IMG/VR virus record: IMGVR_UViG_3300048819_000142
Coordinates: 52,844 to 116,843 of that record
Source: a virus
Taxonomy: Duplodnaviria; Caudoviricetes
Direction: 5' to 3' (one strand)
DNA length: 64,000 nt
Position 1 is the stretch's first letter; the number at the start of each line of letters is the position of its first letter. A model generated the notes under the pieces. That model had not been told where the DNA came from and did no database searches. It saw nothing but the letters and a program-made list of their open reading frames with translations. Below are positions 25,594 to 35,793 of the stretch, in pieces. The translations under genes and the position numbers were made by a program.

Positions 25594-26154
25594 TCAGAAG
25601 TCATACCGTTTCAGCATCTCCCTTTCGATGTCCTCCCAACTGTCGCAAAACCCCCTGACATACAGGGGGGTGTCTTCCTTTCGAGCCTGAACATGCCATT
25701 GCCTTCGTCGAGGTTGCCACTGGTCTGTGTTGGCTGAATGAAACAGCCCTTCTTCAGCAGCAAGCATTGCTACTGGCTTGACTATGGAGCCTTCCCAAAC
25801 TGCCCGACCGCCTACCTCAACAAACAAGTCAGCGGCTTCTGACCACTGGTGCCATGATTGGCCCGGTAAATGTTCCGTTGCGGGAGGACCAAGTCCCGCA
25901 TATTCCGGCTTAAACAAGGTGGCGAGGACGGGAGCCGTAGGCTTAAGTATCCGTCGCCGCTTGTCGACTTCTTCCTCAGACCTCGATCTGCACCATAGGC
26001 GAGCCTGAGACTCAGGTCCTCGAACTGTGGGTCCTACCCTAAGCTCGATTCCTCGAGGTTTTGCCCGCTCGAGCAGCCGGATCAGTTTTTGCTGGAACGC
26101 TGATTCCAACAGATCCAGACTTTTCGATTCCAACGACTTGTCCAGCAGCATCAT
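25594..26154 (-). CDS. Peptidase M15-like (L-Ala-D-Glu peptidase / endolysin-like)
   Basis: R....Q..L, SWHQW..AAD, WHVQ Zn-binding pattern. Confidence 0.65.
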   Translation of the reverse strand: MMLLDKSLESKSLDLLESAFQQKLIRLLERAKPRGIELRVGPTVRGPESQARLWCRSRSEEEVDKRRRILKPTAPVLATLFKPEYAGLGPPATEHLPGQSWHQWSEAADLFVEVGGRAVWEGSIVKPVAMLAAEEGLFHSANTDQWQPRRRQWHVQARKEDTPLYVRGFCDSWEDIEREMLKRYDF

Positions 26155-26398
26155 CAAGCAGCAGCCTTTGGCTTTTTGCAAAGCCTTTAAGGATGTCCTC
26201 CACCTTCGGCGAGATCTCATCCCATTCGAACATCTGTCCCTTCGTAATAAGGAGAAGATACGGCATGACGTGCACTTGAGTCACGCCGCGAATCTCCAGC
26301 ATAAGTAATCCGAATTCTCCCAATTCGTACCGAGTGTGGTAGGCCTTGACGTTGGGATCCTGAGTCGGTTGTACCGATATTTCTGCTACAGTGGGCAC
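26039..26398 (-). CDS. Nfu/NifU N-terminal scaffold-like domain protein
   Basis: QPT.DPN...Y, I.GV..V......ITK....W.EI...V. Confidence 0.55.
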   Translation of the reverse strand: MPTVAEISVQPTQDPNVKAYHTRYELGEFGLLMLEIRGVTQVHVMPYLLLITKGQMFEWDEISPKVEDILKGFAKSQRLLLDDAAGQVVGIEKSGSVGISVPAKTDPAARAGKTSRNRA

Positions 26399-26416
26399 AC
26401 AGTCCCTCCTAAGACT

Positions 26417-26447
26417 ATAATACTACAGATTTTTAATGTCCACTCGG
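26417..26447 (-). promoter_or_regulatory. Phage CCG-N22-(-10) promoter
   Basis: CCGAGTGGACATTAAAAATCTGTAG-TATTAT. Confidence 0.65.
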
Positions 26448-26658
26448 CAAAATTACTTCCAAGTTTCGGAGTATTTGGACAAGGCGTCAACTCGAGCAAT
26501 CACTCTCTCTGACGCCTTGTGCATTTCTTCTGCCAAGGAGGCCATTCGCGATTCATCTCTCGTCATTCTCGCGATACCCATGGTGTGGTTCAACCCGTCA
26601 AAATGGTTGAGTTCCTGGTTAATGTCGCTGATGAGGCCACGAATTGAGGAGGAGTTGA

Positions 26659-27255
26659 TCAGAAAGGCATGACGCCCGGGGGAACCTGTTTCCTCACCAC
26701 GAATTCGATCGCGCATTCGGCATCTCCCAGAGTCTGATCCTGCCCTGCCTTGGTCTTATCCCACCCCTCGGTAAGGAGGGTTATGTGCTCGACGTCAACT
26801 GGATGTTTCCAGAGCATCGCTGGAACATTGATGCTGCCTGGAATAATTGGCATCGCCCGCATGGTGAAGCTCACTTTGTGATCCGGGTTCCAGCGGGACG
26901 GCCACCTGCCATACTCGTACAGGAGTTCCTCAGGAATGGTGCAGATAATAAAGCCGCCAGGCTTCAAGATTCTTAGCCAATTGGTGAGGGATGACCTGGT
27001 GTTGTGCAGGTGCTCCAGACAGTGCGAGCTGTGGATGAAGTCGAACTCGCCGTCCTTGATGTCCGGAAGGTATTGGCCGTCCGCGCTCGAGCTTAACTCC
27101 TTGTCGTATGGCACGACCTCGGTAATGAGGGGCCAATCTTCCTTCTTGAGGGGATCAGGCCCACAACCGATATCGATTCCTCGACCCACAAACCAGCGGT
27201 TTGTGAACCGCCAATCATTCTTTCGTCGCCTTGCGGCTTTGCTGGCTTCTTCCAT
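26659..27255 (-). CDS. SAM-dependent methyltransferase (type 11-like)
   Basis: GIDIGCG, FDFIHSSHCLEH, W.RILKPGG. Confidence 0.85.
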   Translation of the reverse strand: MEEASKAARRRKNDWRFTNRWFVGRGIDIGCGPDPLKKEDWPLITEVVPYDKELSSSADGQYLPDIKDGEFDFIHSSHCLEHLHNTRSSLTNWLRILKPGGFIICTIPEELLYEYGRWPSRWNPDHKVSFTMRAMPIIPGSINVPAMLWKHPVDVEHITLLTEGWDKTKAGQDQTLGDAECAIEFVVRKQVPPGVMPF

Positions 27256-27601
27256 TTTCCACCTTCCTTGAATCTTCTTTCCTATACACATCCTCGTCAT
27301 GATGTGTAGTTGATGCCTCAATGACTCGCGATGTCGCGGTCAAGGACATAAAACGATGGTAGATTCCGGGCCGGATGGTGAACGAATCCCCAGCCCTCAT
27401 CAGCAGTGCCCTGCTTCCTACCTGTAGCGAAACCATGCCTTGCTGTATCAGGAAGGTCTCGCGCTTGATCTTGTGCATGTGGAGCGACGACATGTAACCG
27501 CTCTTAAGTATGAGCGTCTTCATGCAGTAGTGCTCCGAGTTGTGATGCCAGATTTCCCTGCCCCAGAGCTTTCTCACCTTCTTGCATTGGTTCACTGTCA
27601 C
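27215..27601 (-). CDS. Cupin (sugar-isomerase-like)
   Basis: K.WG.E.W, SLH.H..K.ETF, G..HRF, EAST.H...D.YR. Confidence 0.8.
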   Translation of the reverse strand: MTVNQCKKVRKLWGREIWHHNSEHYCMKTLILKSGYMSSLHMHKIKRETFLIQQGMVSLQVGSRALLMRAGDSFTIRPGIYHRFMSLTATSRVIEASTTHHDEDVYRKEDSRKVENGRSQQSRKATKE

Positions 27602-28398
27602 TTGATTATTCCCCCAATGATTGGTGCTGCAGCTTTGGCCGCTTCAATTAGCTGTTGCAGCAGCCATTTGACTTGTCCAGCCTTCTTGCGAAGATCCCTT
27701 GTTGCAAGGTCAATGGTCTTAACGGTCTCAGCTGCATGTTCTGTTCCCATCTTAACTGAAGCAGACGTGTCGTCCAAATTCGACAATATGTCAGTTATCT
27801 GTTTGCTGGATATCAGGGCCTGCATGGCCTGAAGAGTTTTAGTTATTTCGGGGGATTGCTCCTTGATCTGTTGGTCGAGCGTATTCTCGAGCGCTGTCAA
27901 CTCCTCCAACGCGAGACCTGCCTTCTTAACGGTGTCGTTCGACGACTTGACCATCTCATCGGCATCCTTACCAACATCCTTGACGACCTTGTCGAGGTCT
28001 TTGATCGTCGTGTCAAGGTCGTTGATGGCGGTTTTTGCTGTTGTTAAGAGATCAGTCGCAGCCTTAGCTGCGAGAACCGTGTTGTTTGACGCGTCAACGC
28101 TCGACTTGGACGCAGCAACCAATGCCTTGCTTACCTCAGGAGCAGCCTGTGCCACAGCCCCCATTGAGGCTTTGGTTGAACCTGCGACAGCGAGTATTGT
28201 CGAAGGAAGACAGGAAGGATTGCCCTTCACCTTACCGTCGACTGTGACCGTGCAGTCAAACAGTTGAGCAGAAGCCAAGTCAAGTCGTTTCTCCATTGGT
28301 AGCGATCTAACTACCCCAATGCCAACAGCAACAGTCACGCCGATTATGCAGACACCTTCGACGCACTTTATCCACCAGTATGCTTTTCTTGGGTTCAT
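27598..28398 (-). CDS. Membrane-anchored coiled-coil protein
   Basis: N-terminal TM helix, long Ala/Thr/Lys heptad region. Confidence 0.6.
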   Translation of the reverse strand: MNPRKAYWWIKCVEGVCIIGVTVAVGIGVVRSLPMEKRLDLASAQLFDCTVTVDGKVKGNPSCLPSTILAVAGSTKASMGAVAQAAPEVSKALVAASKSSVDASNNTVLAAKAATDLLTTAKTAINDLDTTIKDLDKVVKDVGKDADEMVKSSNDTVKKAGLALEELTALENTLDQQIKEQSPEITKTLQAMQALISSKQITDILSNLDDTSASVKMGTEHAAETVKTIDLATRDLRKKAGQVKWLLQQLIEAAKAAAPIIGGIIK

Positions 28399-29093
28399 GT
28401 TTTCCTCGCAACAGTAAAGCCCCTCGGGCCCTCAAGGTGCACAGCCATCTCTTCGTCCTTCATGCAGGCACGAAGCCATTGTTCAGCAAACGTATCATGC
28501 ACAACGAACGTTGCCCCAGACTTGACCTTTTTCACTTCCTCGACGCGGGACGCGCACGCGAAGCCAGGGGACGTTCTGGACGACTGATAGCTCGAGTCTA
28601 TGTACACCAGGTCCGCTTCCTCTAATTCAGGGACCTTAAGCGCTGGTGACCAGAGAACTTCCACTGGTAGCCCCTCGCAGACTTTCTCCGCGTAATCAGT
28701 CATCCTATGGTCAGTATCACACGTTACTACTCGGCCGAAACCATTCACCCAGCAGGCTGCACCTAGTGCCCTTGACAAGAGGCCGACGTTTGTACCTGAC
28801 TCGAACACAAGCTTGGGCTTAAGCTGAACAACGAGACCAAACATGAACACCAGCATTTCAAGTTCAGACTGAATGATGTGGCGAGGATCAAGATAACCAG
28901 CAGAACCCAGCGTGCCAACATGCCATGGGTTAGGAAAGTCTGCCGTAACAGGCATTCCCCAATACTTTTCGTCGATGCTCCTCGAATCGTGGAAAGACTC
29001 GCATGGCGCGACGTCAGTAACTCCTATCGCGAGGGCAAAACCTGCATGCAGTCGTCTCAAGTAATCCAAGCTCATTTCGGAAACCACCTCCAA
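28395..29093 (-). CDS. Class I SAM-dependent methyltransferase
   Basis: FESGTNVG.S, DLVYIDS, VVHDT. Confidence 0.7.
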   Translation of the reverse strand: MEVVSEMSLDYLRRLHAGFALAIGVTDVAPCESFHDSRSIDEKYWGMPVTADFPNPWHVGTLGSAGYLDPRHIIQSELEMLVFMFGLVVQLKPKLVFESGTNVGLLSRALGAACWVNGFGRVVTCDTDHRMTDYAEKVCEGLPVEVLWSPALKVPELEEADLVYIDSSYQSSRTSPGFACASRVEEVKKVKSGATFVVHDTFAEQWLRACMKDEEMAVHLEGPRGFTVARKT

Positions 29094-29926
29094 TATTCTG
29101 ACGCCATCCAGTCGTCGATCTTCATCAGTTCTTCATGTGGCAATTTTCCAACCACCCGGAATCCACCAGCATACGTTCCGTCGCTGATGATCAGATCTTT
29201 CTGCGTCTTCGCAAAGGAGGCTGGAGTCTCGTGCATGCCAATCTCCCCAATGTTCTGACACCGCGATACTACAGGGTGCAGGGATTTCTTCCTCGCCAAT
29301 CGCATGTTGTACGAGAGTGAAAAATCCCACCCGTTAGGACCCAGGAACTTCGTGCACCACGTGGCTTTGACGAACGGCCACTGGTGCTTGGACAGCGCCC
29401 AAGCAAACGGCGCCGTGATAAATGGCGACTCTACGACGAAGGACGGATCATCGGGTATTTCGCCGGGATTTTGACCGTGGCCGAAACCCCTGTGATTGCA
29501 CAACGAGGCGAGGACGTAGTCCGACAGGGGTCCGCCGTGTCGCTCTTGAAACCAGTTAGCGAAATGAAGCGAATCCAGCGTGAGTTTAGCATCGTCCTCT
29601 ATGAGGACGTTGAAGTCTGACTCGTGCTCTTCAAATGCCCTCGAGAGTGCTGCGTGGTGGTTGCCTCCGACTCCCTCGCGTGACTGGTTAACATAGATGA
29701 AACACTCTGCCAGTCCCTCATTTGAAATGATCTCCGCAGCCTTCTCGCAAAGCTTCTCAGTGCCGGGTTCAACATTTCCGAAGCTATCAACGTCGATAGA
29801 CATGATCAGCTTGTCGAATCCCCGACGCCCCGATTCTGCCAGAGTAAGCAACGCGAGCGTTAGTCCAGACAGTGCCTCAGCTGTGTAAACAGGACGGCTC
29901 GATGCTACAAGTGAGATGGTCCTCAT
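29072..29926 (-). CDS. GT-A fold glycosyltransferase (paralogue A)
   Basis: SRP.Y, LIEDDA, W..S, SRCQNIG. Confidence 0.7.
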   Translation of the reverse strand: MRTISLVASSRPVYTAEALSGLTLALLTLAESGRRGFDKLIMSIDVDSFGNVEPGTEKLCEKAAEIISNEGLAECFIYVNQSREGVGGNHHAALSRAFEEHESDFNVLIEDDAKLTLDSLHFANWFQERHGGPLSDYVLASLCNHRGFGHGQNPGEIPDDPSFVVESPFITAPFAWALSKHQWPFVKATWCTKFLGPNGWDFSLSYNMRLARKKSLHPVVSRCQNIGEIGMHETPASFAKTQKDLIISDGTYAGGFRVVGKLPHEELMKIDDWMASEYWRWFPK

Positions 29927-30783
29927 TCGTCGAGCTCCTTCGGTCTTCCAAAGCCAAGCCAACCGTCGTACAGCTTGGCTGGGGTTTGGTCTATTTCGTC
30001 CCGCATCCAGTCGTCGATCTTCCTCGTCTCGTCGTCACTGATCGTCCTGATGATACGGTAGTCACCAGTGTACGTGCCGTCGCTGAACTTCATTCCTCTC
30101 TGTGTAGCGTCCCAGGTTTCTGGTGTCTCATTCGTCCCAGCCTCACGCCCGATGTTCTCACACCTTGAAAGCCAGGGCGCCATGAACTTGAAGCCATGCA
30201 GTCTGGCAGCATACGTCATTGACCAAGACCACCCGCATGGGTGGTAGTTTTTGTTGCACCAGATTTTCTTTAAGAATTCCCAGTGTCGCTTGTTAACTAC
30301 ATAGCCGAACGGGCACGTGATGAGGTTATACTCAGAGATTGAGGCGGGGTATTCGTCTTGCCTCACTCCGCCTTTATCACCGTGAGCAGCCAGGCTGAAC
30401 GCAAGAACATCGTTGGCCTCGAGCGAACAAAACCATTCTGCCAGTAATAAGGCGTCAGGTTTAAGCACTGCGTCATCCTCGAGCATTAGTACGTTCTCGG
30501 CACCAAGGTCGAAAGCTCGCTTCATGGCAAGAACAGTATTCCCAACAATACCGCGCTTATGCGGTTGACCGTCGACAACTACCTCAAGTATACCTCGCCG
30601 TGACTTTTCCCAACGCTTGAGGTGGTGGTAACACCTTGTGCCCTGTCCTGGCGCGTCATCGACCGAGCACACCACTCGATCAACTATCTGCTGGAATCCC
30701 CGACAATTCTCAAGGGCGGTAAGGGCTTCTTTGAGGTAACTCGGTCTGTTGTAGGCGATCAACGCCACAGTTATTTTTTGCAC
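29923..30783 (-). CDS. GT-A fold glycosyltransferase (paralogue B)
   Basis: YNRP.YL, MLEDDA, SRCENIG; clearly paralogous to 29072-29926. Confidence 0.75.
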   Translation of the reverse strand: MQKITVALIAYNRPSYLKEALTALENCRGFQQIVDRVVCSVDDAPGQGTRCYHHLKRWEKSRRGILEVVVDGQPHKRGIVGNTVLAMKRAFDLGAENVLMLEDDAVLKPDALLLAEWFCSLEANDVLAFSLAAHGDKGGVRQDEYPASISEYNLITCPFGYVVNKRHWEFLKKIWCNKNYHPCGWSWSMTYAARLHGFKFMAPWLSRCENIGREAGTNETPETWDATQRGMKFSDGTYTGDYRIIRTISDDETRKIDDWMRDEIDQTPAKLYDGWLGFGRPKELDE

Positions 30784-31349
30784 GTGACCTCCGCGACACG
30801 CCTGATGGCTTCTTCGCCCATCTTGATATGATCTGTTTGCTTGTACAGCCTGTCATCGCCGGTTGCCCACGGAAGATTCCTAAACGGGATGGCCACAACC
30901 TTTACCACGTCTGTATTCATCGCAGTAAAGATCCTGCCAGGCTCCCTCCAGGTGACCATGTCAATCGGGAACTGTTTCCAGTACTTCTCGAACGTCGACT
31001 TTATCATGCGTCGCTCGAATACCGAGCCAAACCCCATGAGTTTGTCAGTCCTGTTAGCGTAATTAGCTGCGTGCCCATCAGTTCCCAGGTTGCAGACGAT
31101 CTTGCCAGGCTCCCACTCCGCCACTATATCAGTTGGCGATGTGACGCAGTCATCGTCCTGAAAATAAACAAGGGACGATTTGGCAAGGTAGCAAGCAGCA
31201 AGGAACTGACCGAATGGTCCCATGTTCGGACCAAGCGAGTTATCCCAAACCACTACCTCCTTGAATCTCTTCAAGGTGTTCCTGATCGGTTGGATATCGA
31301 CATTTCCGCGAGTAACGATCACCGCGCTAGTTTCAAGCGTTGCCTGCAT
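30771..31349 (-). CDS. GT-A-like glycosyltransferase
   Basis: VVVWDN, YFQDDD DxD motif. Confidence 0.6.
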   Translation of the reverse strand: MQATLETSAVIVTRGNVDIQPIRNTLKRFKEVVVWDNSLGPNMGPFGQFLAACYLAKSSLVYFQDDDCVTSPTDIVAEWEPGKIVCNLGTDGHAANYANRTDKLMGFGSVFERRMIKSTFEKYWKQFPIDMVTWREPGRIFTAMNTDVVKVVAIPFRNLPWATGDDRLYKQTDHIKMGEEAIRRVAEVTCKK

Positions 31350-31905
31350 TGTTCCTCGCTATTACGACCCCATGCGGGCCGAATTCTTTCTTCTCGAATG
31401 ACACACCAAGGTTGGAATATAGCCTCAGATAATCGTGGTGAAAGCAGTGTTTTGCCACGCGTTGTCCGGAAAACCAGGCTGTGTCATAATCATGCACGAG
31501 AATCGGTGCAGCCTCAAGTAACTTAGACACGACCTGCCTGACTCTTACCTTTGGGATGTGGAGCAAAACTTCACATGCTACAACAACATCCGCTTTTGGG
31601 AGGGATTCATGGGAGAACAGGTTGTGTTGAAAGAATTCTGCGGGATGTCCCTCGCAGTACTGCCTCGCATTCTCCACCTGGTCCTTACTGATATCGACGC
31701 CAATGAACCTCTTACCGCAATTGTAGATGGACAACTGTCTCGTGAGCCTACCAAAGCCACACCCTACCTCCAGCACAGTAACTGGTCGCACTGATCGGAC
31801 CGCAGCGCACAGGATTTCTTCCTGATCTCTGTAGAACTCATCATTGAGTCGAGCTTCTTCGATGTAGGTCTTACCACGATCTTTCCAATACTTCGCCGTG
31901 TTCAA
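31333..31905 (-). CDS. SAM-dependent methyltransferase
   Basis: VLEVGCGFGR, GVDIS, EVLLHI. Confidence 0.8.
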   Translation of the reverse strand: MNTAKYWKDRGKTYIEEARLNDEFYRDQEEILCAAVRSVRPVTVLEVGCGFGRLTRQLSIYNCGKRFIGVDISKDQVENARQYCEGHPAEFFQHNLFSHESLPKADVVVACEVLLHIPKVRVRQVVSKLLEAAPILVHDYDTAWFSGQRVAKHCFHHDYLRLYSNLGVSFEKKEFGPHGVVIARNNAGNA

Positions 31906-31907
31906 AG

Positions 31908-32654
31908 TCAGACCCTCGCTGCCAATAGCTTTTCTGCCTGGTGCCTCTTCCAGAGGCTTGAGTCCAAGCTCACGTCTCCAGGAATGCGAAACTCCCGAAA
32001 CTCCTCTCGAAACATGGCGCCGGTAACTGGAGACTGGAGCACTGCTAGGTCGAGGACGCTCTTCCTCGGACCGCCAATGTGCAGAATCCCACGCAAACCC
32101 CTGTCAAGGGCAGCTTCTCGAATGTCGATTGCTACTTCAGGAATAAATCTTGCACTGACGAATTGATCAACGAATGCCCTGGGATATTTCCACGGTCCGT
32201 TGTACCTAAACGGTGCCCGAAGCACAAGTGCGTCTGTGTCACGGTTCACGAGGACTACGGCCTCGCCCACAGCCTTAGTTAGCCCGTAATAATTCACTGG
32301 GTCAGGGGGCTCACTCTCACTGTAGTTTCCGCGGTCTCCACTGAAAACATAATCTGTGGAGATGTGGACTACACGAATACCAGTGACCCGACACGCGAGC
32401 GCGACGTTCGCTGCGCCATTAACATTCGTGTCCCATGCCAGCTTGTGGTCTCGCTCAGACTCCAGACTCAAGACGCCAGCACAGTTGATGACGATGTCCG
32501 GCTTGTTGATGTTGAGCGCCGTTGACACCTTGACAACGTCTCGCACGTCAAGTTGACTCTTGCCGAAGGCAACCACCTCATGCCCTGCCTTACGTATAGT
32601 GGACCTGAGTTCAGCAGCGAGTTTTCCCTGCCCGCCTGTTAAAAGAAATCTCAC
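31908..32654 (-). CDS. rmlD: dTDP-4-dehydrorhamnose reductase-like SDR
   Basis: LTGG.G.L, VINCAG, HISTDYVF.G, P.NYYGLTK..GE. Confidence 0.85.
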   Translation of the reverse strand: MRFLLTGGQGKLAAELRSTIRKAGHEVVAFGKSQLDVRDVVKVSTALNINKPDIVINCAGVLSLESERDHKLAWDTNVNGAANVALACRVTGIRVVHISTDYVFSGDRGNYSESEPPDPVNYYGLTKAVGEAVVLVNRDTDALVLRAPFRYNGPWKYPRAFVDQFVSARFIPEVAIDIREAALDRGLRGILHIGGPRKSVLDLAVLQSPVTGAMFREEFREFRIPGDVSLDSSLWKRHQAEKLLAARV

Positions 32655-32748
32655 CGTCTCCTCCCGAGTTGGCCAAGTATAAGGTAGAGCGCAACTGCCA
32701 AGCCAACGGCTTCCGTTGGCCGAGCGGCTATTGCATCGAGTACGTCTT

Positions 32749-33453
32749 TCAGCATACTGTTACTGGCCATCTCCTCGTTTGGTTAAAGTGAAACATCATG
32801 GCTTCCTTGCCAGCCACTATGTCGAGCAAGGAGCCGTCCGACCTGATCTTGATGTACGGGAGCTCAGACTCCTGGTGACGGCGGTGCAAGCGACTAACGT
32901 GGTCATGCGTCTGAAAGAATCCTGATCCCATGACGATGCGTCCGTCCAACACACGATCCTGCACAGCCAGGTTAAAATCTCGCTCATCCCAGCCCAGGAA
33001 GTCTGGAGTCCGGACGTTGCGCCTCCACGTCGGGACCTGCTCATACAGCTTGTTGATCCTTTCGGTGTTCTTGTAGACTGTGAAGGGTCCGCATATGGCG
33101 CCCGGATCATTTGCGAAGATGTCAAGGTTCTCGAGGAAGGAGTCTGGGATCCAGCGGTCGAGCCTGCCATACACGGCGTCGAGATTGTAGTGCCCCCAGT
33201 AGTCGAACCCCTTGATCTGGTCCTCAAATACTTTTCCTATGAACGGGTCAAAGTCCCCAGCCTTCCTCGTGTTCTCGTAGATGGCTGGGCGCATGCCAAC
33301 CTTCTCCTCGAACTGTTTGCGATAGTAATCGATGTTTGTCACGAGTAAGAAGTGCCACCCGTATTCTTCGAGGAAAGTCACGTGGTTCACGAACTGCTGT
33401 GTCCATGGCGGTAGGTCACCGAACCATGTCCTGATCATCAGCTTCTTAAGCAC
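32749..33453 (-). CDS. DUF6625-like protein (glycan-locus associated)
   Basis: WFG.LP.W, DF.PF.G.VF, YWGH..LD.VYG. Confidence 0.65.
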   Translation of the reverse strand: MLKKLMIRTWFGDLPPWTQQFVNHVTFLEEYGWHFLLVTNIDYYRKQFEEKVGMRPAIYENTRKAGDFDPFIGKVFEDQIKGFDYWGHYNLDAVYGRLDRWIPDSFLENLDIFANDPGAICGPFTVYKNTERINKLYEQVPTWRRNVRTPDFLGWDERDFNLAVQDRVLDGRIVMGSGFFQTHDHVSRLHRRHQESELPYIKIRSDGSLLDIVAGKEAMMFHFNQTRRWPVTVC

Positions 33454-34000
33454 GGAATTCCTCCTGACTACGCATGAAGTGTGGTACGCAGTCTGGAACC
33501 ATAAACTGCGACCTGTAGCAGAGCAACGCGGCGAACTTCATCCTCACGTCGACCCCGTGCCTTGGGTGTACCTGGTTGCCGGACGTGGACTTTCCAGCCG
33601 ACGTATAGGTTAAGTATCGAGTGACGTTGTCGAACGCATTGCGAGTCACAGCGTATGCAACAGCATTATGGTGCTTGTTACCGTCTATCTCGTACAAAGG
33701 CGCGTAAATCTGGTACTGTCGCCAGGGCTCGAGCAAGGGAGTAATGTCCTGGTGTCTGCAGGGATCGTCGTCGCGCATGCCAAGAAACGTCACCTGCTTC
33801 CCTGAGACTCCCATTAAGGCGAGGGCCGCGAGGGTCTCGTTCCTCCTGACTGTTGCTGTGCTTGCCTCATGCCCGCGAGATACCTGGACGAACGAATCGT
33901 ACACCACGACTACCTCGATGTCCTGGTAGTTTTGCATGATGGTAAAGGCGCCGAATAGAGTTTCGTCGTCGTTGTGGGGCGACAAGAATACTTTTTTCAC
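33446..34000 (-). CDS. PIG-L family deacetylase
   Basis: SPHNDDE.L, RRNE...A, H..H. Confidence 0.8.
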   Translation of the reverse strand: MKKVFLSPHNDDETLFGAFTIMQNYQDIEVVVVYDSFVQVSRGHEASTATVRRNETLAALALMGVSGKQVTFLGMRDDDPCRHQDITPLLEPWRQYQIYAPLYEIDGNKHHNAVAYAVTRNAFDNVTRYLTYTSAGKSTSGNQVHPRHGVDVRMKFAALLCYRSQFMVPDCVPHFMRSQEEFRA

Positions 34001-34824
34001 TGGTTCAAATCCTCCAAGAGCATTCGATATGTACGCTCATTGTTCGGAAACATATCTACTGCCTCGTCGACTGTTGGCGCGTGTGTGTAAGGGTTGGCCA
34101 CCGCGACCGCTGCCATTTCCATGGCGAAATTAGCTGCATCAAGCTCCAGTCCCTTGGTAGCCTTGTGCTCGTTCATTGACTTGATGTAGCAATACATCAA
34201 GCAAAATGATGCGATAACAGTATCGCCAGCTCCTGACACGTTCGACACGTGCCTGGCATACGACCTGAAGACTTCTCCACGAAGACCTCCGCGAAAGAAT
34301 TGCGCGCCATGACTTCCCTGCTTGATGAGCGTAAGTGGAGAATCCTTGTAGTCGAATGCGTGCTTCGTGAACTCAAGTGCGTTTGGAAACATGCAAGCCG
34401 AGGCAGCTGCCCACGGATAGGGGGTGGCTTTGGTGTCCACAAAAATCGGACACCCGTATTCCCGCACCCTCTTTACGTGCACCGGGAGAACAGATCCTTT
34501 TGCGTAATCCGACACTATTACAGCGTCGAACTTCTCATCCGGAAAATCGGACACAGGCATCAGTTCATCGCCTATGTCGAATCTGCAGATAACACCATCG
34601 TCGTCCAGGATCCTGTTTTTTGTGATCTGGCCCTTACCGCATAGTAGCACAACGTCCACACCCCACACCTCGAGGTTCTTTGCAACGTTTGCAGCACCGC
34701 CTGGGAACTGAAGTTCCTGCTGGACATGCACGAGTGGGGCAGAGTGCTTTTCGGGATTAAGCCTGTTCACCGAACCCTTCCAGTAAACGTCCGTCATCGC
34801 ATCGCCAAAAACCAGCACCTTCAT
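33997..34824 (-). CDS. HldE/RfaE domain I heptose-7-phosphate kinase (PfkB family)
   Basis: GD.M.D.Y..G.V.R..PE, GGAANVA.NL, SDYAKG, VDTK, GAGDT. Confidence 0.85.
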   Translation of the reverse strand: MKVLVFGDAMTDVYWKGSVNRLNPEKHSAPLVHVQQELQFPGGAANVAKNLEVWGVDVVLLCGKGQITKNRILDDDGVICRFDIGDELMPVSDFPDEKFDAVIVSDYAKGSVLPVHVKRVREYGCPIFVDTKATPYPWAAASACMFPNALEFTKHAFDYKDSPLTLIKQGSHGAQFFRGGLRGEVFRSYARHVSNVSGAGDTVIASFCLMYCYIKSMNEHKATKGLELDAANFAMEMAAVAVANPYTHAPTVDEAVDMFPNNERTYRMLLEDLNQ

Positions 34825-34989
34825 GCAGTTCCCTCCCTCTTGTATTCGATTGTCCCTCGATGATCGGGGTGCTTCAATTTCCTATGCCTACCGGCCCACG
34901 ACGTGAACTGTCTTGGGTTGAGGTACTTGTGCCTGACCTTACATAGTTGGCAGACGTGGTATTGAACCTCGCGCACGGAGTCTGGGGTC

Positions 34990-35535
34990 CTATGTGAGGC
35001 AGTCATTGAGGATGGCCTCCGCTGCGCAACCGAAGTGGTCGAACGTGCCAGAGGATAGCGGCGTTTCCTCCGTCCTATCAGACTTCACCATGTAACCCTT
35101 GCGAAGCTTAGCCGCGGCGCCTGCTTGGATATCCCTGGGATCATCACCTACCATGTAGGATTTCGACGGGTCGATACCGAATTCTTTCGCTGCGTCGAGG
35201 ATCATTTTCGGGTGAGGTTTGCGGCACAAACACTTCGCTTGCAACGTGTGCGGACAAAAGTAGTACGCATCGATGAACGGGCCTCCCGCCTCCTTGATAA
35301 GGAAATCAAGCTGGTCGTGCATCTTCGATAGCGTATCCATCGTCATGTACCCAAGCCCAACTCCTCCCTGGTTTGTCACAACGATCAGCATGAAGCCTGC
35401 GTCCTTGAGTCGGCGAAGCCCAGTGGAAACCCCTTGTAGAAGTTCCACTTCCTCAGGATTGTTCGCTGGTCGACCTGGGTACGTCCTAATGAGGGTACCG
35501 TCCCTATCGATAAATACCGCGCGACGATCAATCAT
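34990..35535 (-). CDS. gmhB: D,D-heptose 1,7-bisphosphate phosphatase (HAD)
   Basis: FIDRDGTL, VTNQGG, CPH...C.CRKP.P.M, MVGD...DIQAG. Confidence 0.88.
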   Translation of the reverse strand: MIDRRAVFIDRDGTLIRTYPGRPANNPEEVELLQGVSTGLRRLKDAGFMLIVVTNQGGVGLGYMTMDTLSKMHDQLDFLIKEAGGPFIDAYYFCPHTLQAKCLCRKPHPKMILDAAKEFGIDPSKSYMVGDDPRDIQAGAAAKLRKGYMVKSDRTEETPLSSGTFDHFGCAAEAILNDCLT

Positions 35536-35788
35536 CGTCATCTTCGTCCTCTTCGTCATCGTCGAGGTCCTCGTCATCATCTTCTGATGAGAGTTCGGCT
35601 ACTCGGCCCTCCCACTCGTAGTCGATTCCGTTCTGGGCAAGGAGGTCGTCTATCCCAGAAGTTGGACCCGTCACGACTATAGCATCGTCGTTGTCAGCGT
35701 GATTTTTAACTGGGTACCCCGCCTCAGCGAGGAGTGCCAATACGTCGTCCCTCGAACTTTCGTCTTCGAGAATAATCTGTGCTGCCAT
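35528..35788 (-). CDS. Small acidic protein
   Basis: Poly-D/E C-terminus; packed ORF. Confidence 0.55.
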   Translation of the reverse strand: MAAQIILEDESSRDDVLALLAEAGYPVKNHADNDDAIVVTGPTSGIDDLLAQNGIDYEWEGRVAELSSEDDDEDLDDDEEDEDDDD

Positions 35789-35793
35789 TGTCT

